Shown: positions 38,013-47,510 of the stretch, piece by piece
How positions within the stretch are numbered: the stretch's first letter is position 1
Layout: each line of letters starts with the position of its first letter
Virus record (IMG/VR): IMGVR_UViG_3300046171_000314
Location: 32,001 to 96,000 of that record
Length of the DNA: 64,000 nt
Direction: 5' to 3' (one strand)
Source of the DNA: a virus
Translations under genes and position numbers: made by a program
The notes under the pieces: generated by a model
The model's database searches: none
Told to the model about the DNA's origin: nothing
Seen by the model: only the letters and a program-made list of their open reading frames with translations

Positions 38013-38027
38013 AATAATTTGCCTATA
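38013..38027 (+). promoter_or_regulatory. putative late promoter
   Basis: AATAAT-TTGC-CTATA. Confidence 0.7.
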
Positions 38028-38056
38028 AAATTTTTAGGGTAAAACAGAGGAGTTAT

Positions 38057-38929
38057 TTGATGTATAATTTTGGATATACCAAACTCAACCAAGACATAGC
38101 AGAAACAATAAATTTCTTGGAAAGAAATTATAAACAAGAAATTAAATTGAAACCCCTGAAAGATGCCAATTGGAAAAAGTTGCTCACTTCCTTGAAAACT
38201 CTTGATAAGGCAAACATCAAGCAAGCCATAAGTCTTGCTGAGGCAATAGATGTGCGATACCTCGCCTCTACCTACGAATTTCTTCAACAAGTAGTTGAGG
38301 AATACGACATTGATGATCAAATAGAGCGGATGTCCTACTCAGGAGTCGGAGAATGGTTCAATATGATGAAGTGGGCTTGGCGAACCGAAATGGACAAAGA
38401 TTTTTACTCTTGGGTGTATCAAGGCAAAGCCATCTACTCAGGCAAGTTCGAAAAAGCAGTGTATAAGTATATGGGAATTAAGGATTACGAAGAAGTAATT
38501 GTAGAAGATCTTATTCTTGAGAAGCGAAACATCCTAATCGATTTTGAGGGAGGTCTTCTTCGAGAAAAATCAATAGATGCTGTTTGCACCACCACCTCCA
38601 TAATCTCTATGGGTGCTCGTACTCCTGTGGAAGTTTCAATTGAGAATATCGACAAGATAGACATATCTAATGCTCTATCTTACACAGACACCTCCCCTGA
38701 CGAGGACACTCGAATACAAAGAGGTGTTTTATACTTACAAATCCCATTCATAAACAACGAAACTTTTGAGTTAGACCATCGCAAGCCTCCAATCGTTGAA
38801 TGGACAGGCACATTACATTTCGTACAAGAAAACGGACAACCCCTGCCCCTTGATCAAGATGTGGGAGTAACACTTCGATTAAACTTCGACAGTGATTATC
38901 TGAGGGAACTTGGGGTAAAAAGTTGGTAA
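38057..38929 (+). CDS. helical-leader family-related protein
   Basis: WKKLLTSLKTLDKANIKQAISLAEAI segment; GAGGAG RBS. Confidence 0.65.
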   Translation: MMYNFGYTKLNQDIAETINFLERNYKQEIKLKPLKDANWKKLLTSLKTLDKANIKQAISLAEAIDVRYLASTYEFLQQVVEEYDIDDQIERMSYSGVGEWFNMMKWAWRTEMDKDFYSWVYQGKAIYSGKFEKAVYKYMGIKDYEEVIVEDLILEKRNILIDFEGGLLREKSIDAVCTTTSIISMGARTPVEVSIENIDKIDISNALSYTDTSPDEDTRIQRGVLYLQIPFINNETFELDHRKPPIVEWTGTLHFVQENGQPLPLDQDVGVTLRLNFDSDYLRELGVKSW

Positions 38930-39001
38930 GGTTTCCCTAATAAGAAAAGCCCCCAAGATATTTCTATCGAGGGGGCTTTAATTTTTTGTGAATAAGGAGG
39001 A

Positions 39002-39166
39002 TTACTCAGAAGCGGTATCTTCACCTTCGCCCTCTTCTGACTCTTCATTTTCGGAAGAGGTATCTTCATTTTCCACTACTGATGTGTCAGATTCTTCCAC
39101 AGCAGTATCTTGTTCTTTATCTTCACAACCAAAAATTGTGATCAAAAATATAATAGTACTAATCAT
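39002..39166 (-). CDS. 54-aa acidic lipoprotein
   Basis: GGAGGTG RBS; MISTIIFLITIFG-C lipobox then EDKEQDTAVEESDTS...; not in ORF track. Confidence 0.7.
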   Translation of the reverse strand: MISTIIFLITIFGCEDKEQDTAVEESDTSVVENEDTSSENEESEEGEGEDTASE

Positions 39167-39348
39167 AGGTCACCTCCAATGTGAGATTAGACAAACAAGT
39201 ATATCGTAAATTATATTTTTTCGCCAAAAAATATAATGAGAGTCTATCTCTATTGTTGAACTTAAAGCAACATCACGACTCTTTTGTTTGCCTATATCCT
39301 CTGTAATATGTTGAGGATACTTGTGTCCTCTCTTAACAGAGGTGAGAC

Positions 39349-40675
39349 TTGAAAAGTTTGTATGTTATAGACACATCGGTTTTAATACACGACCCTGATT
39401 GCATATATAAGTTTGTGGGAAATGATGTAGCCATTCCGATATTCGTCATTGTAGAACTTGATGATTTGAAAGAGAAGAAGCATAAGCCCAACGTTGCTTA
39501 TGCCTCTCGTTGTGCATCAAGAACCATTCAAAATATCCATGAACTTGGAAACATTAGGGAAGGAGTTTACTTAGAAGAAGAAAATATAAATGTTAAAGTC
39601 ATCGGAACAACAGGAGGAGAAATCCAAGCCCTTCAAGATAGCACCAATCCTCGAAAAATGGATTTGTGGATTATGCAGTGTGCTCTTTCAATGAGAGAAG
39701 AATATGACAATGTGATTCTTGTGTCGAAGGACTTGAACCTAAGGCTTCTCTCAGAGGGAGAGGGGCTTGTCGCAGAGGACTATGAAAGCAATAAAGTACT
39801 TGTCAGTGAGGTGTATAAAGGATTCAGAGAAATAGGAGAGCAGGAAAGAGCAGCAGAAGTTTATATTCCCAACATCGAGATAGAGGCAGAAGAAATGGTA
39901 GATGAGCCAATTCCAAATGAATTTTACATAGCCACCTGTGAAAAGAGAGACTTCCTTTTCAAGAACTTAGCAGGGTATGTGAGACCTGTTTCAAAAGAAT
40001 TTTCAGACCAACATGTTTCAGTCTCCCCTAGAAACATCGAGCAAAGAATGGCTCTTGATATTCTGTTGAACCCTAATATATCTCTCTTGTGTTTGGTTGG
40101 GAAAGCAGGAACAGGAAAGACCTTCTTAGCCCTCGCAGCAGCATTAGCACAGATCCACAATGGGTATGAAAAGATTATACTTTCAAAGCCGATTATGGAT
40201 ATGGGGAACTCCATTGGATTCTTGCCCGGCGATTTGGATGAGAAACTTGCCCCCTTGGATGGAGTCATACTTCGACAACTTAGACCAACTTATTCCAACG
40301 AAAACCACGATTAGTTGGGGAGGCAAACAAAAGTCTGAACCCAATTGGAAGTACCTATTAGACACAGGGGCGATTGTGATGCAGCCTATCAACTCCATTA
40401 GAGGAAGAAGCATTTCGAACTCTATAATGATCATTGATGAAGCACAGAACCTCACACCACACGAAATAAAAACAATCATTACTCGTGCCGCTGAGGGCAC
40501 AAAGGTTGTTCTTATGGGTGATCCATTCCAAGTAGACAATCAGTTCCTTGATCGAAACTCTAATGGATTGACTTACGTCTGTGACAAGATGAAAGGGAGT
40601 CCTATTTTTGGGGCTGTGTTCTTTTCACAAGGCGTTCGCTCAGAGTTGGCAGAAGAAGCCGCCAATAGGTTGTAA
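39349..40675 (+). CDS. phoH: PIN-domain PhoH-family ATPase; +1 frameshift near 40252
   Basis: VIDTSVLIHDP, VSKDLNLR, GKAGTGKT, IGFLPG, IRGRS, IIDEAQN, GDPFQVD; LAPWMESY restored by removing one base. Confidence 0.9.
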
Positions 40676-40677
40676 CA

Positions 40678-41046
40678 ATGATCTATTGGTATGTTTTCCT
40701 GTTCATTATATTAGAACTCACTATCTTCGTGAGGGGCAACGCTAAGTTTGTTTGGGGCTTAGAGTTGCACCCCTTACAATGGTGGATTTATGTGGGGTGG
40801 CTTAGTTCTCTTGTGGGTCTGACATCTTGGTGGGGTCTTGTACAAGAGATGGGGATTTGGAAGGCAACGGTCTTTGCGATGGCTCTCTCGTTTACCGTGA
40901 GTTTTCTTCTCAAGGCTTGGTTTTTCAACCCCCCTAGTCCAAGAAACTTTATTGCATTGGCATTATGTTGGTCGGCTGTATTTATCTCAGAGGGGCAGCC
41001 GACAGAAACGGAGGAAGAGGACACTAAAGAAGAACCTAATGATTAA
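40678..41046 (+). CDS. 4-TM membrane protein
   Basis: Four hydrophobic segments. Confidence 0.7.
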   Translation: MIYWYVFLFIILELTIFVRGNAKFVWGLELHPLQWWIYVGWLSSLVGLTSWWGLVQEMGIWKATVFAMALSFTVSFLLKAWFFNPPSPRNFIALALCWSAVFISEGQPTETEEEDTKEEPND

Positions 41047-41371
41047 TTGCTATCCAATTCTTTTTATGCCTTATCGTTTGCAAGCAGTGATAGGTTAGTT
41101 CTTCTTCATCCCCTTGTTGGGAATAAACATATATCAAAAACCCACAAATCAAAAAGACCCCTTGACCACTTGGATCGAGGGGCTGTTTTTTTTCAGCGAA
41201 GTACCATCGCTGTATGACAGACGATAAGTGTTCTTTAAGCATTTTGGTGTGGTTTTGCGGAGGTAATCTCAGAACCCACCAAAGAGCACGACCAAAAAAA
41301 CCCAAAGCCATTTTAGAAAGGACATTCCACACCCCAAACATCCGACAAAAGAATTTAATATCTTCGAGCAT
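41036..41371 (-). CDS. hypothetical protein
   Basis: ORF in coupled minus operon. Confidence 0.55.
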   Translation of the reverse strand: MLEDIKFFCRMFGVWNVLSKMALGFFGRALWWVLRLPPQNHTKMLKEHLSSVIQRWYFAEKKQPLDPSGQGVFLICGFLIYVYSQQGDEEELTYHCLQTIRHKKNWIAINH

Positions 41372-41537
41372 CCTTTAAGTACCTCTTCCCCAACTCAGGC
41401 TTGAGACCCAATTCCTTGTGCCTCTTATCTCTTTCTTTTTCATAGGCTTTGCCACTAGAGCAACTACAAATGCCTCTCAACACTTTACCACCAAAGTAAC
41501 CGTTGGCATAACCACGACCACCACACTTAGGGCACAT
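41355..41537 (-). CDS. small Zn-finger protein
   Basis: CPKCGG...CSCSSG. Confidence 0.6.
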   Translation of the reverse strand: MCPKCGGRGYANGYFGGKVLRGICSCSSGKAYEKERDKRHKELGLKPELGKRYLKDARRY

Positions 41538-41860
41538 TATTTTTTCACTAAATTTGTGGTATCCGAGCCATCAGGTAAGCGATCACAGATCACCCCTGTC
41601 AAGTCTACGTTGTGTAGGGCAGATTTCAGTTCATTGAAAGATCTCTTCCAATCCTGTTCCATTACAACCTCTGTCCGACCCTCGTGTCCGTGAATAGACC
41701 TGACATCCCCCATGCTATCGTACATTGCAACAGAAGGAGTATCCGACAGCCAAGTAAGGGCGACTTTCCCATTATCAAAAATCACCCCTTGTGCGATTCT
41801 ACCTGTGCCACTAATCCCATTCTCATCTTCAATTCTTTGTAAATAAAATAATTTCGCCAT
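41537..41860 (-). CDS. conserved phage hypothetical protein
   Basis: FYLQRIEDENGISGTGRIAQGV.F.NG...IHGHEGRT. Confidence 0.75.
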   Translation of the reverse strand: MAKLFYLQRIEDENGISGTGRIAQGVIFDNGKVALTWLSDTPSVAMYDSMGDVRSIHGHEGRTEVVMEQDWKRSFNELKSALHNVDLTGVICDRLPDGSDTTNLVKK

Positions 41861-41861
41861 T

Positions 41862-42215
41862 TCAATCTCCTTTACAGAGCAACCATTGATGTAATTTGTT
41901 TTCCCATTCATCTGAGAGTGTTCCTTTGAAGGGGGGTTGCCCCATATCTTCTTTTCTATAATTAAAGATCAAGTTCCGAAGCCTCCAAATGTTCGGAGGA
42001 ACTCGACAAGAGTGTTCTACTCTTCTATAAGGAGTACCCTTAAAGAAGCACAGAACTAATAAATGATGCCTCGCTTCAAATTTTGCTTCATTCAGTTTCG
42101 TCTGAAACCTTGACTTGAATCTGCTCTTCTTGTGGGTTTTCCTAATGATCCTACAAATGTGCTCAAACTTCTTTATTTCTAAGCGTAGTAACTCAAATTG
42201 AAGCCTATTCATCAT
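41862..42215 (-). CDS. basic hypothetical protein
   Basis: EARHHLL....KGTPY..VE. Confidence 0.65.
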   Translation of the reverse strand: MMNRLQFELLRLEIKKFEHICRIIRKTHKKSRFKSRFQTKLNEAKFEARHHLLVLCFFKGTPYRRVEHSCRVPPNIWRLRNLIFNYRKEDMGQPPFKGTLSDEWENKLHQWLLCKGD

Positions 42216-42492
42216 CTTCTTTGTTCAACTCTTGCTTAAGTTTCTTGCCACATTTGAAGGTAGCAATTGTCCTATCAGGAATCTTCAAAGGTTCGTTGGT
42301 TCTTGGATCTACCCCATCAAAGCCTTTTCTATCAGAAACATTGAATGTTCCAAAATCCGATAAAGTGACTTTATCCCCCTCAACAAGAGATTTCTGTATC
42401 TCTTCTAAAAAGGAATTGATCAGAAGGGTCAGTTCTTTCCTTGTTTTTCCGTGCTTCTTTGCCATCGCAGCAATAATTCTAGTCTTATTCAT
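42205..42492 (-). CDS. hup: HU/IHF-family DNA-binding protein
   Basis: MNKTRII, VTLSDFGTF, GVDPRTNE, FKCGKKLK. Confidence 0.9.
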   Translation of the reverse strand: MNKTRIIAAMAKKHGKTRKELTLLINSFLEEIQKSLVEGDKVTLSDFGTFNVSDRKGFDGVDPRTNEPLKIPDRTIATFKCGKKLKQELNKEDDE

Positions 42493-42597
42493 ATTCTCTC
42501 CGACTATCACTTCTACGGAAAAACATTGAAAGAATAACGAGATTTCAATTGAGAAAGAAAAAATCGCTATCTGTCTTCTGTGGTATAGTGTATTTAT

Positions 42598-43098
42598 TGG
42601 GGTTAAGAATCGAGTTCTTGATTAGTTTCCTCTTGAGGAATTTTCTGTCTTTGTGCTGTTCAATTTTATATGTGTAATTGCTGTTATATTTTTCTTAGTT
42701 TCTATGGCAGTTTTACTTTTGGTAGTTTTATTTTTGGATAGTGTAGGTGGGTCTTTCAAGAGGGACTTAAATAAATTCAATTCTTAACCCTATATTTATT
42801 AAGATTGAATTCTTACATCTACATAAAGAAACAAAGGATAGGAATCCAATTCGATAGTCCTTTATGTTCTGTAAGTATTTAAACATCACCTGTGTAGATC
42901 CTTCCCTTTGGTTATTCAAACCAAGTATGAATCTTTGATGGCTCATACTTGGTAGGGGAGGCAGGTGAGTCTTCTTATTCAGAATAAGACGAAGTGTTCT
43001 TTATTCGAGATCAAGCGGTAACTCTCTCAATCAAGAATTAATCTTGTTGCCAAGATCGAACTTCTCGTACCAACGGTCAGTTGTAAAAATCAAAGAAC
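42598..43098 (+). ncRNA. candidate ~500-nt structured non-coding RNA
   Basis: ORF-free; nested stems tile the interval; many G-U pairs on + strand; TGGTATAGT just upstream. Confidence 0.6.
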
Positions 43099-43305
43099 GA
43101 GGCTTTTGGGGGCTTTCGTTTTAATCCCTAACCCCTCAGGAAATATGAAGATATTGATCGACACATCTTCTGATGCTTCTTTTCTGATGAGAATCTTTTG
43201 GGTATCGAAGCCATAGGGTTTCTCAATAGATCGGAGAACACAAGGAAAAAGCATTTTGATTGTATAGTAAAAATCCAATTCCTGCAATAATTTTTCAATA
43301 AGCAT
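43090..43305 (-). CDS. hypothetical protein
   Basis: 71 aa ORF, weak RBS. Confidence 0.35.
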   Translation of the reverse strand: MLIEKLLQELDFYYTIKMLFPCVLRSIEKPYGFDTQKILIRKEASEDVSINIFIFPEGLGIKTKAPKSLVL

Positions 43306-43326
43306 AGAAGGGTAAAAGGAGAACTT

Positions 43327-43662
43327 GTGCCGAAGATAGCAAACCCATTGACAGGTGAAGAAGCCGAAAAAATATTATCCTCTTATGTGATCGATCTCTT
43401 GATGGGGAAGGGTTTAGTGTCTTTCCCCCTATCTTCTATCGGAACTCCTTCTCCTGTTGTGTTGGTTAAGGGAACGCACTCTTCGATTTACGTAGATCGA
43501 GATCAGTGGCAGACTTGTGTCCGACCTATCTTAGAAGATGAATCCTATAAAATATTAAAAACCCCAAAAGGTCGTGAGTTGACAAGAGGGCATGGGTATC
43601 ACCGTTGGCAAGATTTGATAGGAAAAGCCTTGAGAAAGAAGTTCAATTCAAACGGCTACTAG
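43327..43662 (+). CDS. hypothetical protein
   Basis: AGGAG RBS, GTG start. Confidence 0.65.
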   Translation: MPKIANPLTGEEAEKILSSYVIDLLMGKGLVSFPLSSIGTPSPVVLVKGTHSSIYVDRDQWQTCVRPILEDESYKILKTPKGRELTRGHGYHRWQDLIGKALRKKFNSNGY

Positions 43663-43705
43663 AATTATTTCGGTATTGTGAAAGCATTCAAATAACGGAA
43701 TCACG

Positions 43706-43861
43706 ATGAAAGATATTATTGTTTGGGTGGCTTGCAGAGCCACAACTAAGTGTGAGGGTCAGCGAGCCAAGCAGGTACGACACATTAAAACAGAAGGTGG
43801 TGGTCACATCACCCATTACAGATGCTTAACTTGCAATAAAAAGTTTGTGGTGCGAGTATGA
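43706..43861 (+). CDS. 51-aa Zn-ribbon protein
   Basis: CRATTKC...YRCLTC; ATGA overlap with next gene; not in ORF track. Confidence 0.6.
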   Translation: MKDIIVWVACRATTKCEGQRAKQVRHIKTEGGGHITHYRCLTCNKKFVVRV

Positions 43862-44457
43862 CCGCACGACTTATTTATGGCAGTGGTGCTTACGATAAAG
43901 CCCTTGAAATCGCACATTCCTTGACCAAAAGAGTATACGACTTTGGTGGGGATAGTCTTTCGACAGAACAAGCCAAAGCAGCCACAGAGAAGATGATCTA
44001 TGCTCCCATAGGCTCAGACCTATGTTGTGTTGTTGTAGGTGCTGTGGATAATGCTAGGGGGTCTGCAACCGATGCTCTCTTGAAAAGCATAGAGGAACAC
44101 CCTGAGTTCATTTTACCCATCTTGTGGGCGAATGGGCTAGACCGTGTGCCCTCTACGATTCGTTCAAGGTGTTCCGCAGAGTGGACAAAAGATACAGACT
44201 TTGCTGATGACTTGTCTGAGTACCACAAATTGGTAGAGGCTTGTTTGGTGTCCGATTATCATATTGCTTTGATGTTGGGCACAGATATAATCTCCGAAAG
44301 TTCTGCGAAAGGATTGTTGATTGGTTTTTCTAAGGTGCTTTCCACGAAGTCTTTTGATAACCCTAAGGTATCTATTTTATGGCAAAGGGTTCGTGAGGCG
44401 TTGATGCAGAATTACCCTCTATCAAAGACAGAGGCATTGGGGGTTATATGTATCTAG
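43858..44457 (+). CDS. holB: clamp-loader delta-prime-like subunit
   Basis: ATDALLKSIEEHP...VPSTIRSRC. Confidence 0.7.
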   Translation: MTARLIYGSGAYDKALEIAHSLTKRVYDFGGDSLSTEQAKAATEKMIYAPIGSDLCCVVVGAVDNARGSATDALLKSIEEHPEFILPILWANGLDRVPSTIRSRCSAEWTKDTDFADDLSEYHKLVEACLVSDYHIALMLGTDIISESSAKGLLIGFSKVLSTKSFDNPKVSILWQRVREALMQNYPLSKTEALGVICI

Positions 44458-45407
44458 TTTATGGTGGTCACGAGTTCCTTTGTCGGAGGTCTATTAACGA
44501 CATTCGGAAGGCTATGACAGCAAAGGGTTTCTCGGTACACACTGTTTCCTCTGAAAACCTTGAAGAAGAGGCACAACCAATGTTGTCTCCTGTTTTATCT
44601 TTTATGGGGGGTTCTACTGAAAAGAGTGCCTTTGTAGTGGATGAGGGAGTGGAAGACCTTGACTTGGAGTATGCGTCTTCTCTCGAAAAGGATTTTGGAA
44701 TTCCAATTGTCTTATACTTGAATGGGTCTTTGCCAAGATCAAAAAAACATCCCTTACATTCTTTCATTAAAAAAATACCAAAGAAATGTGTCATTAAACA
44801 TCTTGTGCCAAGCACCTTCAAAGAACATGAGGTCGCTATCACCTTTGTCTTAGGGGAAGCCTCTCGATTAGAGAAAGAACTTAATTCTCAATTGGCAGAA
44901 GGAATTGTTAAAATTTCAGGAACAGATCTCGGTATTCTTTCTTTTGAAATCCTTAAAGCGAGTTATCTTGCTCACGATTCAAAGGAGTTGAAACCTGAAC
45001 ATTTTCGAACCATTTCTTCATTAGCCGAAACCTCTGCTCTTCCTCTTATCCAATCTATTTCAACAAAAAACTTGAAAGAAGTGTTGAAACAGTTTGGGAA
45101 GATGAGAACCACCTATCATCGAGATCCTACTTTGATGGTGTGTGGTTGGCTAGGGTCAGAGGTCTGTAAGTGGCTTACAACCGCTTCTGCTTTGAAGAAA
45201 GGATCAGTAAAACCAAGCGACCTAAATATTCATCCATATGTTTTTCAAAAAAATATCTTGCCTGCGGCAAAAAAATGGGGAGAAAATTCTCTGTTGAAAT
45301 TGCTACATATTATCTCAAATGTTGAAAGGTATGTAAAAACAGGCGGCAAGCACGCTCTTGATAGATTAGAGGTTGAACTTGTATTTCTGATCAAAGAGAA
45401 TCCTTAG
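44448..45407 (+). CDS. holA: clamp-loader delta-like subunit
   Basis: MYLVYGGHEFL, GTDLGILSFEILK, IHPYV, ERYVKTGG...LEVEL. Confidence 0.75.
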   Translation: MYLVYGGHEFLCRRSINDIRKAMTAKGFSVHTVSSENLEEEAQPMLSPVLSFMGGSTEKSAFVVDEGVEDLDLEYASSLEKDFGIPIVLYLNGSLPRSKKHPLHSFIKKIPKKCVIKHLVPSTFKEHEVAITFVLGEASRLEKELNSQLAEGIVKISGTDLGILSFEILKASYLAHDSKELKPEHFRTISSLAETSALPLIQSISTKNLKEVLKQFGKMRTTYHRDPTLMVCGWLGSEVCKWLTTASALKKGSVKPSDLNIHPYVFQKNILPAAKKWGENSLLKLLHIISNVERYVKTGGKHALDRLEVELVFLIKENP

Positions 45408-45502
45408 TTAGGTTTTCGTTTCTCTTTTGATAAACATTACTATGATACCGCCATCTTCTAAAGGGCGAATCTCAAACCATCTAAAAAACTTGGAGTACAA
45501 CA

Positions 45503-47440
45503 ATGAACAGCCCCTTAAAAACCATATACTTCCCCAACTTATTGTCTGAGTTTGTGTACACTCGAACCTATTCTCGTTGGAATGGTGAAAGACGAGAGAC
45601 TTGGCAAGAGTCCGTGTCTCGATACATCTCTTTCCTCAGAAAGGAAAGACCACAAGTTCCCCCTGAAGTTTTTCAAAAAGCAGAACAATTGATTTTGAAT
45701 ATGGAAGTGATGGGTTCTATGCGAGCCTTGTGGTCGGCAGGAAACCCTGCAAAGAGAGATAACACTTGTATATACAATTGCTCATTCATTCCTTTGGACA
45801 ATCTCAGAGCCTTTTCAGAGGGTCTTTATATTCTTATGCAAGGGACAGGTGTGGGTTTTTCTGTTGAGCGTCAGTTTGTTAATAATCTTCCTGTGGTTTC
45901 AAAGAAAGATCTTCATAAAATCCTCACACACAAAATTGTCGATAGTGCTGAGGGATGGGCAGAGGCATTGTTCACCGCTTTATATGAAGGATTCACAGGT
46001 GGGTTTGTAAATTTCGACTACTCAGATGTCAGACCTGCGGGAGCAGTTCTCAAAACAAAGGGTGGGAGAGCAAGTGGTCCTGAGCCTTTGAAGAACCTTC
46101 TTGATTATGTTGCTGTTGTGTTGGCGAATGCAGCAGGGAGAAAGTTAACCTCCTTGGAATGTCACGACATTATGTGTATGGTGGGTGAAATAGTTGTTAG
46201 TGGGGGTGTCCGAAGATCGGCTCTTATTTCTTTTTCTGATCCTGACGATGAGGAAATGAGAAACGCAAAGAATTGGAAATTGGGAGAGTTTCCCAAGCAT
46301 AGGTATATGGCGAATAACTCCGCTTACTATGATGAGAAGCCAAGCGAAGATGTGTTTTGGGCAGAATGGGAAGCCCTTGTAGATTCGCAAAGTGGTGAGA
46401 GAGGGTTTTCTATTGGAAATTGGCACACTCGTGCTGATCGACCTTCTTCTGATGTTCGGTCAAACCCTTGTCACGAAATAGGCTTACGGTTTCTTAGGGC
46501 GACTAATCCAATAACAGGTGAAGGTGGTGGCGGTCAGTTTTGTAATCTAAGTGCTGCTATTATGCGTTCGGAAGATACAGAGGATTCTTTTGCTGAGAAG
46601 ATTCAAATAGCCACTTGGATTGGGGCTATTCAAAGTTCTTTCACACACTTTCCGTATCTTAGAAAGGGTTGGGTTCAAACCTGTCAAGAAGATCGCTTAT
46701 TGGGTGTGGATATAACAGGACAATGTGATAACCCTGCATTATCTCAAAATGAGATATTTATGAAGAAGATGAATGATCTCGCCATTAGCACATCCATCAA
46801 AGCAGCGGATTGCTTAGGGATTAACCACCCTGCTGCTGTTACTTGTGGTAAGCCGAGTGGCAATACCTCTCAACTTGTAGATTGTGCAAGTGGTTTTCAT
46901 CCTCGACACAGCAAGTTCTATTACAGACATGTTCGTATTGCAGGACACGACCCTCTTTGTCAGATGATCCGAGATCAAGGCGTTCCGATGTTCAAAGAGA
47001 ATGGAGAAGAAGGGCTAGCCGACAAAGACGTTTCTACTTGGGTTGCTCGTTTCCCTGTCAAAGCCCCTGATGGTGCAATGCTTCGAGACTCTGAAACAGC
47101 CCTTGAGATGTGTGAGAGATACTTACAGATTATGCGGACTTGGTGCTCTGACAAAGGACACAACCAAAGTGTGACTATTTATGTTCGAGAGGGAGAGTGG
47201 AAGACAGTAGGTCAATGGGTTTATGATCACTTCGATGAGATTACAGGACTTTCTTTCTTGCCTTATTTTGGAGGTAACTATCGTCTTGCCCCTTACGAAG
47301 AAATTGATGAAGCAACCTATGAGCAAGCAATGAGCGAAATGCCTATGATAGATTTCTCTCATCTTTCCCACTATGAGAAAGAAGATCGAGGAGAGGGTGC
47401 TCGTGAACTTGCTTGCGTTGGTGGTTCTTGCGAGTTGTAG
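45503..47440 (+). CDS. nrdJ: class II (B12-dependent) ribonucleoside-triphosphate reductase
   Basis: RTYSR, YNCSF, GTGVGFSV, GGRASGPEPL, NPCHEI, FCNLS, KPSGN, C-terminal CVGGSCEL. Confidence 0.95.
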   Translation: MNSPLKTIYFPNLLSEFVYTRTYSRWNGERRETWQESVSRYISFLRKERPQVPPEVFQKAEQLILNMEVMGSMRALWSAGNPAKRDNTCIYNCSFIPLDNLRAFSEGLYILMQGTGVGFSVERQFVNNLPVVSKKDLHKILTHKIVDSAEGWAEALFTALYEGFTGGFVNFDYSDVRPAGAVLKTKGGRASGPEPLKNLLDYVAVVLANAAGRKLTSLECHDIMCMVGEIVVSGGVRRSALISFSDPDDEEMRNAKNWKLGEFPKHRYMANNSAYYDEKPSEDVFWAEWEALVDSQSGERGFSIGNWHTRADRPSSDVRSNPCHEIGLRFLRATNPITGEGGGGQFCNLSAAIMRSEDTEDSFAEKIQIATWIGAIQSSFTHFPYLRKGWVQTCQEDRLLGVDITGQCDNPALSQNEIFMKKMNDLAISTSIKAADCLGINHPAAVTCGKPSGNTSQLVDCASGFHPRHSKFYYRHVRIAGHDPLCQMIRDQGVPMFKENGEEGLADKDVSTWVARFPVKAPDGAMLRDSETALEMCERYLQIMRTWCSDKGHNQSVTIYVREGEWKTVGQWVYDHFDEITGLSFLPYFGGNYRLAPYEEIDEATYEQAMSEMPMIDFSHLSHYEKEDRGEGARELACVGGSCEL

Positions 47441-47446
47441 TTTTTC

Positions 47447-47461
47447 AATAGTTTATTTATA
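47447..47461 (+). promoter_or_regulatory. putative late promoter
   Basis: AATAGT-TTAT-TTATA. Confidence 0.6.
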
Positions 47462-47510
47462 TCCTGTGGGTGTTTGACATCCTTGCAGGATATATTTTTT
47501 GAGGTTTGCT

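Noticed and set aside
7123-40675. Calling the frameshifted genes pseudogenes
   Set aside because: Each is fully restored by deleting one homopolymer base per site, with catalytic motifs intact and no other decay
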